Positions 1 through 9,998 of a stretch of 64,000 bases of DNA are shown one piece after another. Within the stretch, counting starts at the first letter, position 1. Each line of letters opens with the position of its first letter. The DNA comes from Candidatus Daviesbacteria bacterium (GTDB taxonomy: Bacteria > Patescibacteriota > Microgenomatia > Daviesbacterales > UBA10151), in the NCBI GenBank assembly GCA_016176405.1, contig JACOXG010000012.1, forward strand, positions 2,217 to 66,216. The letters are read 5' to 3'. The notes under the pieces are model-generated. The model was not told the DNA's origin. It was given only the letters and a program-made list of their open reading frames with translations, and made no database searches. The translations under genes and the position numbers were made by a program.

Positions 1-3000
1 ATTTGTGATAAATGTGGAGTGGAAGTAACTCAATCCAAGGTGAGAAGGGAGCGGATGGGACACATTAATTTGGCCTCCCCAGTTGCTCATTCTTGGTTTG
101 TTAAGGGTGCTCCTTCAAAGTTATCCTTAATTTTGGATATTTCTCCTAAAAATTTGGAATCAGTGGTTTATTTTGCCTCTTACTTGATAACTGGTATAGA
201 TTCAGAGGGTAAAACAGCTGCCTTAAATAAATTAGAGGAAGATTTAAAGGAAAAGGTTAAAGAATTGGAAAAAGAATTGGATAAAAATATTAAAGGTATG
301 GAAGTACTTGTTAAAAAAGATCTTTCCCAGTTGAAAAAACGCACTAATAAAGAAAGTTTTGAATTGGAGGCAGCTGAGGTAGAACTGAAAAACAGACAGG
401 AGATACAAAAATTAAGAGATAATTTGGTGGTGGAGCAAGGTCAGCTGGAGGGTATTTTTAAGGTAGTATCTGAGCTGGTTAAGGCCACCGTGCCCTCAAA
501 GCTTTTATCAGAAGAAGAATATTCTAAGTTATCAGAGTATGGAGTTTCCGATTTTGTGACAGTGGACATGGGAGCAGAGGCCCTCTTGGAGGTTTTACAG
601 AAGTTGGATTTGGATAAGTTATCTGCTAGCTTAAGAGATGAGGTTCGCAAATCATCTGGCCAAAAACATATAAAGGCCACCAAAAGACTGAGAGTAATAG
701 AGGGGATGCGCTCTGCTGGGATCTCTCCCCAATGGCTGATTATGCGAATTTTGCCGGTGATTCCACCTGACCTTCGGCCAATGGTGCAGCTGCCAGGAGG
801 AAGATTTGCCACCTCTGATTTGAATGATTTATACAGAAGAGTAATCAACAGAAACAACCGCTTAAATAGACTAATTAATTTAGGAGCCCCAGAGATAATT
901 TTAAGAAATGAAAAAAGAATGTTACAGGAAGCTGTTGATGCTTTGATTGATACTTCATCACGCTCTTCAAGACGTGGTGGACCGGTAGTTTCTCATATGC
1001 TCAGATCTTTATCTGATATGTTGCGGGGGAAACAAGGAAGATTTAGACAGAATCTTTTGGGAAAAAGGGTTGATTATTCAGGTAGATCAGTGATTGTGGT
1101 TGGTCCAAATTTAAGATTGGATCAGGTCGGTTTGCCTAAGGAGATGGCGTTGGAAATGTTTAAACCATTTGTTTTGCGGGAAATGATTGCCAGGGGTTTA
1201 GCCTCCAATGTTAAAGGAGCCAAAAATGTTTTGGAAATGAGGCCTTCTGAGGTGTGGGATATTTTGGAAGAGATTATTACCGGCCACCCGATTTTGATTA
1301 ATCGAGCACCAACTCTTCATAGATTGGGTATTCAGGCTTTCTTCCCAGTTTTAGTTGATGGTAATGCTATCCAAATTCATCCTTGTATTTGTGCAGGTTT
1401 TAATGCTGATTTTGATGGAGATCAGATGGCAGTTCATGTACCCTTATCTCAAACTGCTCAAGATGAGGCCAAAAAATTGATGATGGCTCAGGAAAATATC
1501 TTTGGACCTGCCAATGCTCAACCAATTACTGTGCCAAATAGGGAAATGGCCTTAGGTTGTTATTATCTGACCCAGATTTTTGAATCTGACGAAAATATTA
1601 AATTTTTTATCAGTGAGGATGAGGCAATTATTGCTTTCAAGATTGGAAAGGTAGGTTTGCAGCAAAAAATTAAAATAAAAATAAATGGAGAAATTTTGGA
1701 AACAACTGTTGGTAGGATTATCTTCAATCAAGTTTTACCTGCGCAGTTGAGATTTATTAATAACCCCATCAAAGGTTTGACCATTAGAGACATTATTTTA
1801 AAAGCTTGTGAAATTTTAGATAAAGATCAGGTTACCAAGCTTGTTGATGATATAAAAACCATCGGTTTTTGGGGAGCAACCATGGCGGGTATTTCCATCT
1901 CCATTTTTGATGCCAAAATTGTGCCTGATAAGCAAAAATATCTGGATGAAGCAGAAAAAGAGATTCAAAAGATTGAATCTAATATGAATAAAGGCTTGAT
2001 TACTCCGCAAGAAAAATCACAGCTTTCACAGATGGTTTGGATTAAAACTACTGAAGATTTAGCCAACGCTACCTGGGATTATTTGGGAGTTGATAACCCC
2101 ATCAGAATGATGGTGGAGGCAGGAGCAAGAGGATCTCGGGATCAAGCTAAGCAACTATCTGCCATGAGAGGACTATCCACAGATCCAACTGGAAAAATCG
2201 TGGAACTACCTACCAAATCAAATTATCGCCAAGGTTTATCTGTTTTTGAATACTTTACTTCAGCCCGGGGAGCTCGTAAGGGTGTGGCTGATAAAGCCTT
2301 AAAAACTGCCGACGCTGGATACTTGACTAGAAGACTGGTTGATGTAGCTCACGATGTGATCATTAGGATTGAGGATTGTGGGACTAAAGAAAAATTGGAA
2401 TACTCAATTGCCAAAGCCACATTTACCCATGGTAGAGAAAAACTTTTGGGCAGAATGGTAAGTGATAATATTTTAGATCCTAATAGTAGAAAGGTAATTG
2501 TTAAATCTGGCGCCATTTTGATGGAGGAAGAGGTTGAAGATTTGATCAAAGCAGGGGTAGACACTGTCAAAGCCCGTTCTCCTCTTACTTGTGAGGCTAA
2601 GTTTGGTATTTGTGCTAGCTGTTACGGAGCAGATTTAACCACCAGACAGTTAGTGGAAATCGGTACACCTGTTGGAGTGGTAGCTGCTCAGGCCATTGGT
2701 GAACCAGGCACACAACTGACCATGAGAACTTTCCATACAGGAGGAATTGTGGGATTGGATATTACCCAAGGTTTGCCTAGAGTGGAGGAATTATTTGAAG
2801 TGAGAACTCCCAAGATAGTGGCACCTGTTTCAGAGATTGCTGGTAAAGTAGCTATTTTAGAAACTGAAACGGGAGTAAGGGTCAGAGTGAGAACAACTCA
2901 AAAACCTCATGAGGAAAGAGAATATCTGATCCCTGCCACCTCTCAGCTTTTGGTGGAAGAAGATCAGTTGATTGATGCAGGTACAGTTTTAGCCTCAGGT

Positions 3001-3468
3001 CATATCGACATCAAAGAAATTTTAAGAGTACAGGGATTAAAAGCTGCGCAGCGCTATATTGTGGATGAGGTTAGAACAATTTATGAGTCTCAGGGTGTAC
3101 CTATTAATGAGAAACATTTTGAGGTGATTGTTAGAAAAATGTCTGATAAAGTTAGGATTGAGACACAAGGAGATACTAATCTTTTACCAGGAGAGGTAGT
3201 TGATAAGATTCGTTTTGAAGAAGAAAATTTGCGAGTTTTAGCTTCAGGTGGGGAACCTTCCACTGCTGAGGTGGTAATTTTGGGAATTACTAGGGCCTCA
3301 CTTTTGACTGAAAGCTTCTTATCTGCTGCATCATTTCAGGAAACAACAACAGTATTATCTGATGCTGCCATCTCAGGTAAAGTGGATAGGTTGTTAGGAC
3401 TTAAAGAAAATGTTATTATTGGACGTCTGATACCCACTAGCAGTGAAAGGGCTAAGGTAGAATCATAA
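1..3468 (+). CDS. rpoC: RNA polymerase beta' subunit (5' partial)
   Basis: Frame open from base 1 (ICDKCGVEVT); NADFDGDQMAVH catalytic motif; RFRQNLLGKRVDYSGRS. Confidence 0.99.
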   Translation: MCDKCGVEVTQSKVRRERMGHINLASPVAHSWFVKGAPSKLSLILDISPKNLESVVYFASYLITGIDSEGKTAALNKLEEDLKEKVKELEKELDKNIKGMEVLVKKDLSQLKKRTNKESFELEAAEVELKNRQEIQKLRDNLVVEQGQLEGIFKVVSELVKATVPSKLLSEEEYSKLSEYGVSDFVTVDMGAEALLEVLQKLDLDKLSASLRDEVRKSSGQKHIKATKRLRVIEGMRSAGISPQWLIMRILPVIPPDLRPMVQLPGGRFATSDLNDLYRRVINRNNRLNRLINLGAPEIILRNEKRMLQEAVDALIDTSSRSSRRGGPVVSHMLRSLSDMLRGKQGRFRQNLLGKRVDYSGRSVIVVGPNLRLDQVGLPKEMALEMFKPFVLREMIARGLASNVKGAKNVLEMRPSEVWDILEEIITGHPILINRAPTLHRLGIQAFFPVLVDGNAIQIHPCICAGFNADFDGDQMAVHVPLSQTAQDEAKKLMMAQENIFGPANAQPITVPNREMALGCYYLTQIFESDENIKFFISEDEAIIAFKIGKVGLQQKIKIKINGEILETTVGRIIFNQVLPAQLRFINNPIKGLTIRDIILKACEILDKDQVTKLVDDIKTIGFWGATMAGISISIFDAKIVPDKQKYLDEAEKEIQKIESNMNKGLITPQEKSQLSQMVWIKTTEDLANATWDYLGVDNPIRMMVEAGARGSRDQAKQLSAMRGLSTDPTGKIVELPTKSNYRQGLSVFEYFTSARGARKGVADKALKTADAGYLTRRLVDVAHDVIIRIEDCGTKEKLEYSIAKATFTHGREKLLGRMVSDNILDPNSRKVIVKSGAILMEEEVEDLIKAGVDTVKARSPLTCEAKFGICASCYGADLTTRQLVEIGTPVGVVAAQAIGEPGTQLTMRTFHTGGIVGLDITQGLPRVEELFEVRTPKIVAPVSEIAGKVAILETETGVRVRVRTTQKPHEEREYLIPATSQLLVEEDQLIDAGTVLASGHIDIKEILRVQGLKAAQRYIVDEVRTIYESQGVPINEKHFEVIVRKMSDKVRIETQGDTNLLPGEVVDKIRFEEENLRVLASGGEPSTAEVVILGITRASLLTESFLSAASFQETTTVLSDAAISGKVDRLLGLKENVIIGRLIPTSSERAKVES

Positions 3469-3575
3469 AATTCGAATTTCGAATATCGAAGCTCTAAACA
3501 AATTCAAAATTCGAATGTTTAAAATTTTGAAAATTTGAATTTAGATATTGTTTCGGATTTCTTATTTCGAATTTA
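3469..3575. repeat. Inverted array of degenerate heptamers (TTCGAAT-type)
   Basis: aaattcgaatttcgaatatcgaa... and ...ttgtttcggatttcttatttcgaattt form an imperfect inverted repeat between rpoC and rpsL. Confidence 0.75.
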
Positions 3576-3592
3576 CGACTGAAAAGGAGTAT

Positions 3593-4060
3593 ATGCCAAC
3601 CATTAACCAATTAGTCAGAAAAGGCAGAAAAAAGATCTATAAAAAAGTTAAAGCAACTGCCTTAAGAAGGAGCTTTAATGCTAAAGATCGAAGATACACT
3701 CTTGAGTTTAATCCCCAAAAGCGGGGAGTGGTCACTTTGGTTAAAACCATGACCCCCAAAAAACCTAATTCAGCTTTAAGAAAAGTAGCCAGAGTCAGAT
3801 TATCTAACAAAACTGAGGTGACTGCTTATATTCAAGGTGAAGGTCATAATTTGGCAGAACACGGCATAGTTTTGGTCAGAGGTGGTAGAGTTAAAGATTT
3901 ACCAGGTGTAAAATATCATCTGATTAGGGGTAAGCTTGATTTGGAAGGAGTGGTGGGTAGGAAAAAGGGCAGATCAAGATATGGTACTAAAGCAGGCGGA
4001 CCTGCAGCCGTACCAAGACCAGTGGCTCAACCTGCTCCAGCTCCGGAGGCAGCGTCATAG
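3593..4060 (+). CDS. rpsL: 30S ribosomal protein uS12
   Basis: [33 protein letters not shown]; AAGGAG SD before ATG 3593. Confidence 0.98.
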   Translation: MPTINQLVRKGRKKIYKKVKATALRRSFNAKDRRYTLEFNPQKRGVVTLVKTMTPKKPNSALRKVARVRLSNKTEVTAYIQGEGHNLAEHGIVLVRGGRVKDLPGVKYHLIRGKLDLEGVVGRKKGRSRYGTKAGGPAAVPRPVAQPAPAPEAAS

Positions 4061-4061
4061 T

Positions 4062-4535
4062 ATGCGTAGTGGTAAAGTAGAAAAAAAGGTACTTCCTTTG
4101 GACCCAATTTATAATTCCAGATTGGTCACTAGAGTAATTAATAAAGTGATGAGGGATGGTAAAAGGAGTATTGCTCAAAAATTAGTTTATATGGTTTTGG
4201 AGCAAATCAAGCAAACTAAACAAGATCCCATTGCTGTTTTGGAAAAAGCTATTTTGAATGTTTCCCCTAAAATGGAGGTCAGACCAAGAAGGGTGGGAGG
4301 AGCATCTTATCAGGTGCCATCTGAGGTGAGAGGTGATAGGAAAGAAGCTTTGGCTATTAGGTGGATTTTGGAGGGAGCCAAAAAAAGAGCCAATAGAGAG
4401 TTTCATACTTTTGATAAAAAGTTAATGGCAGAATTACTAGATGCAGCAAATAATACAGGAGCAGCTATCAAAAGAAGAGATGATATGCAAAAAGTAGCAA
4501 ATGCTAACCGTGCATTCAGTCATTTCCGCTGGTAA
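4062..4535 (+). CDS. rpsG: 30S ribosomal protein uS7
   Basis: RRVGGASYQVP, ANRAFSHFRW; start placed at ATG 4062. Confidence 0.97.
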   Translation: MRSGKVEKKVLPLDPIYNSRLVTRVINKVMRDGKRSIAQKLVYMVLEQIKQTKQDPIAVLEKAILNVSPKMEVRPRRVGGASYQVPSEVRGDRKEALAIRWILEGAKKRANREFHTFDKKLMAELLDAANNTGAAIKRRDDMQKVANANRAFSHFRW

Positions 4536-4555
4536 ATCTTTGGTAAGATATAATC

Positions 4556-4798
4556 ATGATTTCTGATATTGTAGGTTGGATTGGGGCTGGTTTAGTAATT
4601 TCAGCTTATTTTTTAGTATCAACCAAAAAGCTCCCCCCCATCTCTGTGACTTATCAGCTTATGAATTTATTTGGTGCGTTAGGAGTGGGAATTAATGTTT
4701 TGGTGCAGGAAGCTTATCCTTCCTTGGCAATTCAAATACTTTGGGCAATGATAGCAGTATATGGTTTGTATAAAGCCTTCAAAACACGGACTTCTTGA
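4556..4798 (+). CDS. Small 3-TM membrane protein (CBU_0592-like)
   Basis: GWIGAGLVISAYFL...YQLMNLFGA pattern; hydrophobic 80 aa. Confidence 0.7.
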   Translation: MISDIVGWIGAGLVISAYFLVSTKKLPPISVTYQLMNLFGALGVGINVLVQEAYPSLAIQILWAMIAVYGLYKAFKTRTS

Positions 4799-4823
4799 CA
4801 GTACAACACTGTGCCACTATCAT
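4795..4823 (+). promoter_or_regulatory. sigma70-type promoter of the TrpR-like gene
   Basis: TTGACA-17 nt-TATCAT. Confidence 0.75.
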
Positions 4824-4851
4824 TTAAAATGATTCAAATCATTTAAACAAA
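4824..4851 (+). repeat. 28-bp direct repeat copy 1 (palindromic operator-like)
   Basis: TTAAAATGATTCAAATCATTTAAACAAA, identical to 5301-5328. Confidence 0.95.
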
Positions 4852-5300
4852 TGACACAGGTCTCAAGATACCCAATTTCCAAAGAGGTTTATGAAAGATG
4901 CTGGGAAATATTTGTAAAGACTTTAATAGGGATTCACAATGTCAAAGATGCTGAGATAGTTATTAATGATTTGCTAACCCCTACCGAACGGATCATGTTA
5001 GTAAAAAGATTAGCAACAGCATTACTTTTAATGCAGGGATATGAATATCGAGAAATTAGCAAAGTTTTAAGAGTCAGTCTGCCAACCATATCCGCAGTTA
5101 ACAGATCTTTAAGATATGGCAGTAATGGTTACAATAAAGCACTTTCTAAAATCTTAAAAGATGAACAGTTTGCAGAATTTCTTAATAAAATGATCCAAGG
5201 CATAATTGCTCTGCCAGCTCGAGGGGGGATAGGCTCGGGAACGTATAGGTATCTTAGACAAGAACTCCAGAAAAGGTCAAAAGACAGAAAAGCCTTCTAG
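4851..5300 (+). CDS. TrpR/YerC-YecD family HTH regulator
   Basis: DLLTPTERIMLVKRL...GYEYREISKVLRVSLPTISAVNRSL. Confidence 0.85.
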   Translation: MTQVSRYPISKEVYERCWEIFVKTLIGIHNVKDAEIVINDLLTPTERIMLVKRLATALLLMQGYEYREISKVLRVSLPTISAVNRSLRYGSNGYNKALSKILKDEQFAEFLNKMIQGIIALPARGGIGSGTYRYLRQELQKRSKDRKAF

Positions 5301-5328
5301 TTAAAATGATTCAAATCATTTAAACAAA
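5301..5328 (+). repeat. 28-bp direct repeat copy 2
   Basis: Starts on the base after the TAG of the TrpR-like gene. Confidence 0.95.
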
Positions 5329-5338
5329 GTGAAAAAAA

Positions 5339-5878
5339 ATGATTGCCATAATATTTGAAGCGCATGGGACTTCTTTTGATAATGAGAATAATCTCTCTTC
5401 TGGACATTTTGATGTAGAACTATCCCCTTTAGGCATTAAACAAGCCAAAGAATTAGGAGAACGCTACAAAAATGAGCATTTTGAGGCTATTTTTGTGTCT
5501 GATTTACAAAGATCATATAAAACTGCAGAAATTGCTTTTGGAAATAAATTTCCTATTAGAAAAGATAAGAGACTTCGAGAATGTGATTACGGGGATTTAA
5601 CCAGACACCCAAGCAGTGAAGTGGAATCACTTAAAGTAAAGCATATTACAAAACCATTTCCAAATGGAGAATCTTATAAAGATTGTTTAAAAAGGATAAA
5701 GGACTTTTTAGATGAGTTAAGACAAAAATACCACGGCCGTGGGAAAAATGTTTTAATTATTGGTCACAGAGCAACTCAATATGGACTAGAACATTGGATA
5801 AATGGAATTGATATAAAAACTTTACTAACCACCCCCTTTAAATGGCAACCAGGTTGGAAGTATGAATTTGACTTTTAG
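5339..5878 (+). CDS. Histidine phosphatase (phosphoglycerate mutase-like) family protein
   Basis: AHG (RHG-like), SDLQRSYKTA, LRECDYG, PNGES, IIGH. Confidence 0.9.
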   Translation: MIAIIFEAHGTSFDNENNLSSGHFDVELSPLGIKQAKELGERYKNEHFEAIFVSDLQRSYKTAEIAFGNKFPIRKDKRLRECDYGDLTRHPSSEVESLKVKHITKPFPNGESYKDCLKRIKDFLDELRQKYHGRGKNVLIIGHRATQYGLEHWINGIDIKTLLTTPFKWQPGWKYEFDF

Positions 5879-5905
5879 GAGCAAAAAAATTAATATATAC
5901 TTCTG

Positions 5906-5932
5906 GCCTCCCAAATTCGAGGGAGGTTTTTT
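5906..5932 (+). terminator. Rho-independent terminator
   Basis: CCTCCC-8 nt-GGGAGG followed by T6. Confidence 0.75.
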
Positions 5933-5953
5933 AAATTAAGGTAAAATTTAGAT

Positions 5954-6181
5954 ATGGACAAGAAATTGAGACAGGAAAAACTTAAAATGTGGAAGGAGAA
6001 TTTGGCAAAGCTGGAAAAAGAGCTGGAAGATGTCATGCTTAAAAAAGGAGAAGCAGCTCAGCAGGGAGATTTATCTGAAAATGCAGCCTATACCATGGCT
6101 GGGGAAGATGCAGAAACATATAGGGTACAGATAGAACAGGTGAAGAAAATTATTGGGGATTTAGAGAAAGGAGCAAATTAA
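5954..6181 (+). CDS. GreA/GreB N-terminal coiled-coil-only protein
   Basis: EAAQQGDLSENAAY tip motif; 75 aa, no C-terminal domain. Confidence 0.8.
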   Translation: MDKKLRQEKLKMWKENLAKLEKELEDVMLKKGEAAQQGDLSENAAYTMAGEDAETYRVQIEQVKKIIGDLEKGAN

Positions 6182-6248
6182 GAGATACGTAATACGTGAT
6201 AAGTGAGATGTTAGAAACTTATCTCATATCACATATCTCGTATCACAA
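6182..6248. repeat. Inverted heptamer array (GTGATAC/GAGATAC-type)
   Basis: gagatacgtaatacgtgataagtgagatg ... tatctcatatcacatatctcgtatcac. Confidence 0.75.
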
Positions 6249-6256
6249 TTATCACC

Positions 6257-8368
6257 ATGGCAGTACTTAAGACTAAAAGAGACTTTCCCTTAGATAGAAT
6301 CCGCAACATGGGCATTATTGCTCACATTGATGCTGGAAAAACTACCACTACTGAGAGAATCCTTTTTTACACAGGTAGAACCTATAAAATTGGAGATATT
6401 GATGAGGGCACAACAGTCACAGATTGGATGGAGCAGGAAAGAGAAAGAGGAATTACTATTGTTTCTGCAGCCATTACCACTTTTTGGAAAGATACCAGAA
6501 TTAATTTGATTGATACCCCAGGTCATGTTGATTTTACAGCTGAGGTAGAAAGAAGTTTGCGTGTTTTGGATGGAGGAGTGATTGTTTTAGATGCCTCATC
6601 AGGAGTCCAATCTCAAACAGAAACTGTGTGGAGACAGGCCAATAAATATAAAGTACCACTTATTGCTTTTGCCAATAAAATGGATGTGGTAGGGGCAGAT
6701 TTTATGGGCACAATTAAATCTGCCAGGGATAAACTTGGTGCTAATGCTTTGGCCTATAACCTGCCTATTGGTAAAGAGAATGATTTTAAAGGAGTTGTAG
6801 ACCTTTTAACCCAGAAAGCTTTTATTTGGGAAGGGGATGAAACAGGAGCTAAATTTAGTGAGATAGAGATCCCCTCAGATATGGCTTCGCAAGTAAAAGA
6901 AGCCAGGGAAAAATTGGTTGAGGAAATTTCTGGCACAGATGATCAATTAATGGAAAAATTCTTGGGTGGACAGGAAATTTCCATAGAAGAGCTTAAAAAG
7001 GCTTTAAGAAAAGCAGTGATTGAGAATAAAATTGTGCCTGTTTTAGCAGGATCCTCTTTAAGAAATAAAGGTGTTCAACCAATGTTAGATTGCGTGGTGG
7101 AATATTTACCATCGCCTCAAGATATTGCTGAGGTAGTTGGCCAAAACCCTAAGACTTCTGAGCAAGAAACAAGAAAGGCTGATCCGGCTGCATCTTTGGC
7201 TGCCCTTTCTTTTAAAATTCAAGTTGATCCACATGTGGGAAAACTAACCTATATCAGAGTTTATTCAGGAACATTAAAGAGTGGTTCCTATGTTTACAAT
7301 GCCACCAAACAAATTAAAGAAAGAGTGGGCAGACTACTTTTAATGCATGCCAATGATAGGGAGGAAATTGAGGAGGCTTTTGCTGGTGAGATTGTGGCAG
7401 CAGTAGGTTTGAAAGATACTGTTACTGGGGACACTCTCTGTGATGAAAATGCGCCAATTATTTTGGAATCTATTACTTTTCCTGATCCGGTGATTTCTTT
7501 AGCCATTGAACCCAAAACAAAATCTGATCAGGAAAAATTGGGTTATGCTTTAAATAGATTATCTGAGGAAGATCCGACTTTTAGAGTCAAATCTGATGCC
7601 GAGACTGGGCAAACAATCATTGCTGGCATGGGTGAGCTGCAATTGGAAATTTTGGTGGAGCGGATGAGAAGAGAATTTAAGGTGGAGGCCAATGTTGGTC
7701 AACCCCAGGTGGCTTATAAAGAAACCATTACCCAAAATGCAGAGGGTGAAGGTAAATATATCAGACAGACTGGGGGAAGAGGACAATATGGTCACTGTTT
7801 GCTTCGAATTGAACCTTTACCTCGGGGACAGGGAAGAGAATTTGTCTCAGAAGTGGTTGGCGGTGCTATTCCCAGAGAATTTATTCCTCCAATTGAAAAA
7901 GGAGTGATTGAAAAAGAAGATACGGGAATTTTGGCTGGATATCCGGTGACTGATATAAAAGTAGTAGTTTATGATGGTTCTTTCCATGATGTTGATTCAT
8001 CAGAAATTGCTTTCAAAATTGCTGCTTCTTTAGGTTTATCAGAGGCTGCTAAAAAAGCAGAGTTAATACTTCTTGAGCCTATTATGAAGGTGGAGGTGAC
8101 TACTCCTGAGGATTTTATGGGAGATATTATTGGAGATTTGTCCTCAAAAAGGGCTCAGATTTTAGGGACAGAAAAAAGAGGAAATTACACAGTCATTTTA
8201 GCTTTAGTACCCTTGGCAGAAATGCATGGATATGCTACAGCTTTAAGATCAATGTCCGAAGGAAGAGCCTCATATTATATGGAAGCAGATCATTATGAAA
8301 CAGTGCCCCAAAATATCACTCAAAAAATAGTTGAGTCCTCAGGCTTTACAGGTAGAGTAGAAAGGTAA
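6257..8368 (+). CDS. fusA: Elongation factor G
   Basis: [21 protein letters not shown]; 703 aa. Confidence 0.99.
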   Translation: MAVLKTKRDFPLDRIRNMGIIAHIDAGKTTTTERILFYTGRTYKIGDIDEGTTVTDWMEQERERGITIVSAAITTFWKDTRINLIDTPGHVDFTAEVERSLRVLDGGVIVLDASSGVQSQTETVWRQANKYKVPLIAFANKMDVVGADFMGTIKSARDKLGANALAYNLPIGKENDFKGVVDLLTQKAFIWEGDETGAKFSEIEIPSDMASQVKEAREKLVEEISGTDDQLMEKFLGGQEISIEELKKALRKAVIENKIVPVLAGSSLRNKGVQPMLDCVVEYLPSPQDIAEVVGQNPKTSEQETRKADPAASLAALSFKIQVDPHVGKLTYIRVYSGTLKSGSYVYNATKQIKERVGRLLLMHANDREEIEEAFAGEIVAAVGLKDTVTGDTLCDENAPIILESITFPDPVISLAIEPKTKSDQEKLGYALNRLSEEDPTFRVKSDAETGQTIIAGMGELQLEILVERMRREFKVEANVGQPQVAYKETITQNAEGEGKYIRQTGGRGQYGHCLLRIEPLPRGQGREFVSEVVGGAIPREFIPPIEKGVIEKEDTGILAGYPVTDIKVVVYDGSFHDVDSSEIAFKIAASLGLSEAAKKAELILLEPIMKVEVTTPEDFMGDIIGDLSSKRAQILGTEKRGNYTVILALVPLAEMHGYATALRSMSEGRASYYMEADHYETVPQNITQKIVESSGFTGRVER

Positions 8369-8382
8369 GAGTTAACGCTTGC

Positions 8383-9486
8383 ACTTTAACTGCGGCAATT
8401 ACTAAAGTTTTAGCCTCTAAAGGCATGGCAGAGGAGAGAAGCGTTGATCAAATTGACAATGCTCCTGAGGAAAAAGCCCGCGGTATTACTATTAATATTT
8501 CTCACCAAGAATATGAAACACCATCTAGACATTATGCTCACATCGACATGCCAGGTCACGCAGATTACATCAAAAATATGATCACTGGTGCTGCTCAGAC
8601 TGATGGAGCAATTTTGGTGGTGTCTGCTCCAGATGGTCCCATGCCTCAAACCAGAGAACATCTTTTACTGGCTCGCCAAGTAGGAGTGCCAGCCATTGTG
8701 GTTTATCTCAATAAAATTGATCAGGTGTCTGATCCAGAGTTGATTGATTTAGTTGAGGAAGAAATTAGAGATTTACTAAAAAAATATGAATATGATCCGC
8801 AATCTCCTATTATTCGAGGTTCAGCTTTGAAAGCTTTGCAAGGTGATGCTGAGGCTGTCAAATCAATTGAGGAACTGATGGCCAAAGTGGATGAATGGAT
8901 TCCCACCCCAGTAAGGGATGTGGATAAGCCATTTTTGATGGCGGTAGAGGATGTTTTCTCAATCAAGGGTAGAGGAACAGTAGTCACTGGAAGAATTGAA
9001 AGAGGTAAGGTTAAAATTAATGAGGAAATAGAAATTGTGGGAATTAGACCTACCAAAAAGAGTGTGGTAACCGGAATTGAGATGTTTCATAAACTTTTGG
9101 ATGAAGGTCAGGCAGGAGATAATGCCGGAATTTTACTAAGAGGAATTGAAAAAGATGATGTGGAAAGAGGGCAAGTTTTGGCCAAACCTGGTTCAATTAC
9201 TCCCCACTCAGAGTTTGAAGCAGAAGTTTATGTGTTAAGTAAAGAAGAGGGTGGAAGACACACTCCATTTTTCAAAGGTTACAGACCACAATTTTATATT
9301 AGAACTACAGATGTGACTGGTGAGGTGCAATTGCCAGAAGGTGTGGAGATGGCCATGCCAGGAGATACTGTAAAGGTAGTGGGAAAATTAATTACCCCAG
9401 TGGCTATGGAAGAAGGATTAAGATTTGCTGTTAGAGAAGGTGGAAAAACAGTTGGAGCTGGAGTTATTACCAAGATAATAGCTTAA
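8383..9486 (+). pseudogene. tuf: Elongation factor Tu lacking about the first 25 codons (P-loop); truncated or mis-assembled
   Basis: Homology starts at [14 protein letters not shown] (8383), 14 nt after the fusA stop; GHVDHGKT absent; [15 protein letters not shown] and NKID present. Confidence 0.8.
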
Positions 9487-9512
9487 AGTGGTAAAATAGT
9501 TAGCACATTAAT

Positions 9513-9821
9513 ATGCCAAGAGGGAGAATTCGTGTCAAACTGAAAAGTTATGATCACCGAGTGCTGGATAGCACTTGTGAATCCCTTTTGGATACCGCCC
9601 TTAGAACCGGTGCTAAAATTGTTGGTCCCATTCCCCTTCCTACTAAAATTGAAAGAATTACAGTTTTAAGATCTCCTCATACAGATAAAAATTCCAGAGA
9701 AGCTTTTGAAATTAAAACTCACAAAAGATTGGTAGATATTGTTGAACCCACCCAAAAAACCATCGATTCCCTAATGCATTTAGAAATCCCAGCAGGAGTT
9801 GATATTGAAGTTAAGATGTAG
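9513..9821 (+). CDS. rpsJ: 30S ribosomal protein uS10
   Basis: GPIPLPT, RSPH, HKRLVDI. Confidence 0.98.
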   Translation: MPRGRIRVKLKSYDHRVLDSTCESLLDTALRTGAKIVGPIPLPTKIERITVLRSPHTDKNSREAFEIKTHKRLVDIVEPTQKTIDSLMHLEIPAGVDIEVKM

Positions 9822-9823
9822 CC

Positions 9824-9985
9824 TTGCATTCAGCCTCGAACTTGTGTTAAAATTCTGTAAGAACATGTTAATTACTTAAAGTTTATCTTTAAGAACTATC
9901 AGTAGATCGCGCGTCGGGGAACGATACGGCGAATCTTTAAGCGAGATACTGAGTGAGCGCTCCAGAAATGGGCCTCACTCTTTTT
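9824..9985 (+). promoter_or_regulatory. Internal promoter plus structured leader with terminator before rplC
   Basis: TTGCAT-18-TAAAAT with extended TG; TCAGTA/TACTGA helix; GAGTGAG...CTCACTC followed by T5. Confidence 0.6.
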
Positions 9986-9998
9986 AATGGGAAAAAAC

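Noticed and set aside
190-480. Coiled-coil insertion in beta'
   Set aside because: Lineage-specific insertions at this position are already known in other phyla; nothing further is visible
3548-3592. N-terminal extension of uS12 (likewise the ORF-track extensions of uS7, uL4, SecY and the ABC permeases)
   Set aside because: Upstream in-frame codons from repeats or overlapping genes; canonical starts lie downstream
4824-5328. 28-bp repeats as a CRISPR array or dif site
   Set aside because: Only two copies flanking a whole gene, no cas genes, and 11-2-11 symmetry rather than the dif 11-6-11 pattern
8369-8382. Intron or trans-splicing explanation for the truncated tuf
   Set aside because: Only 14 nt precede the homology, with no group I/II intron structure visible
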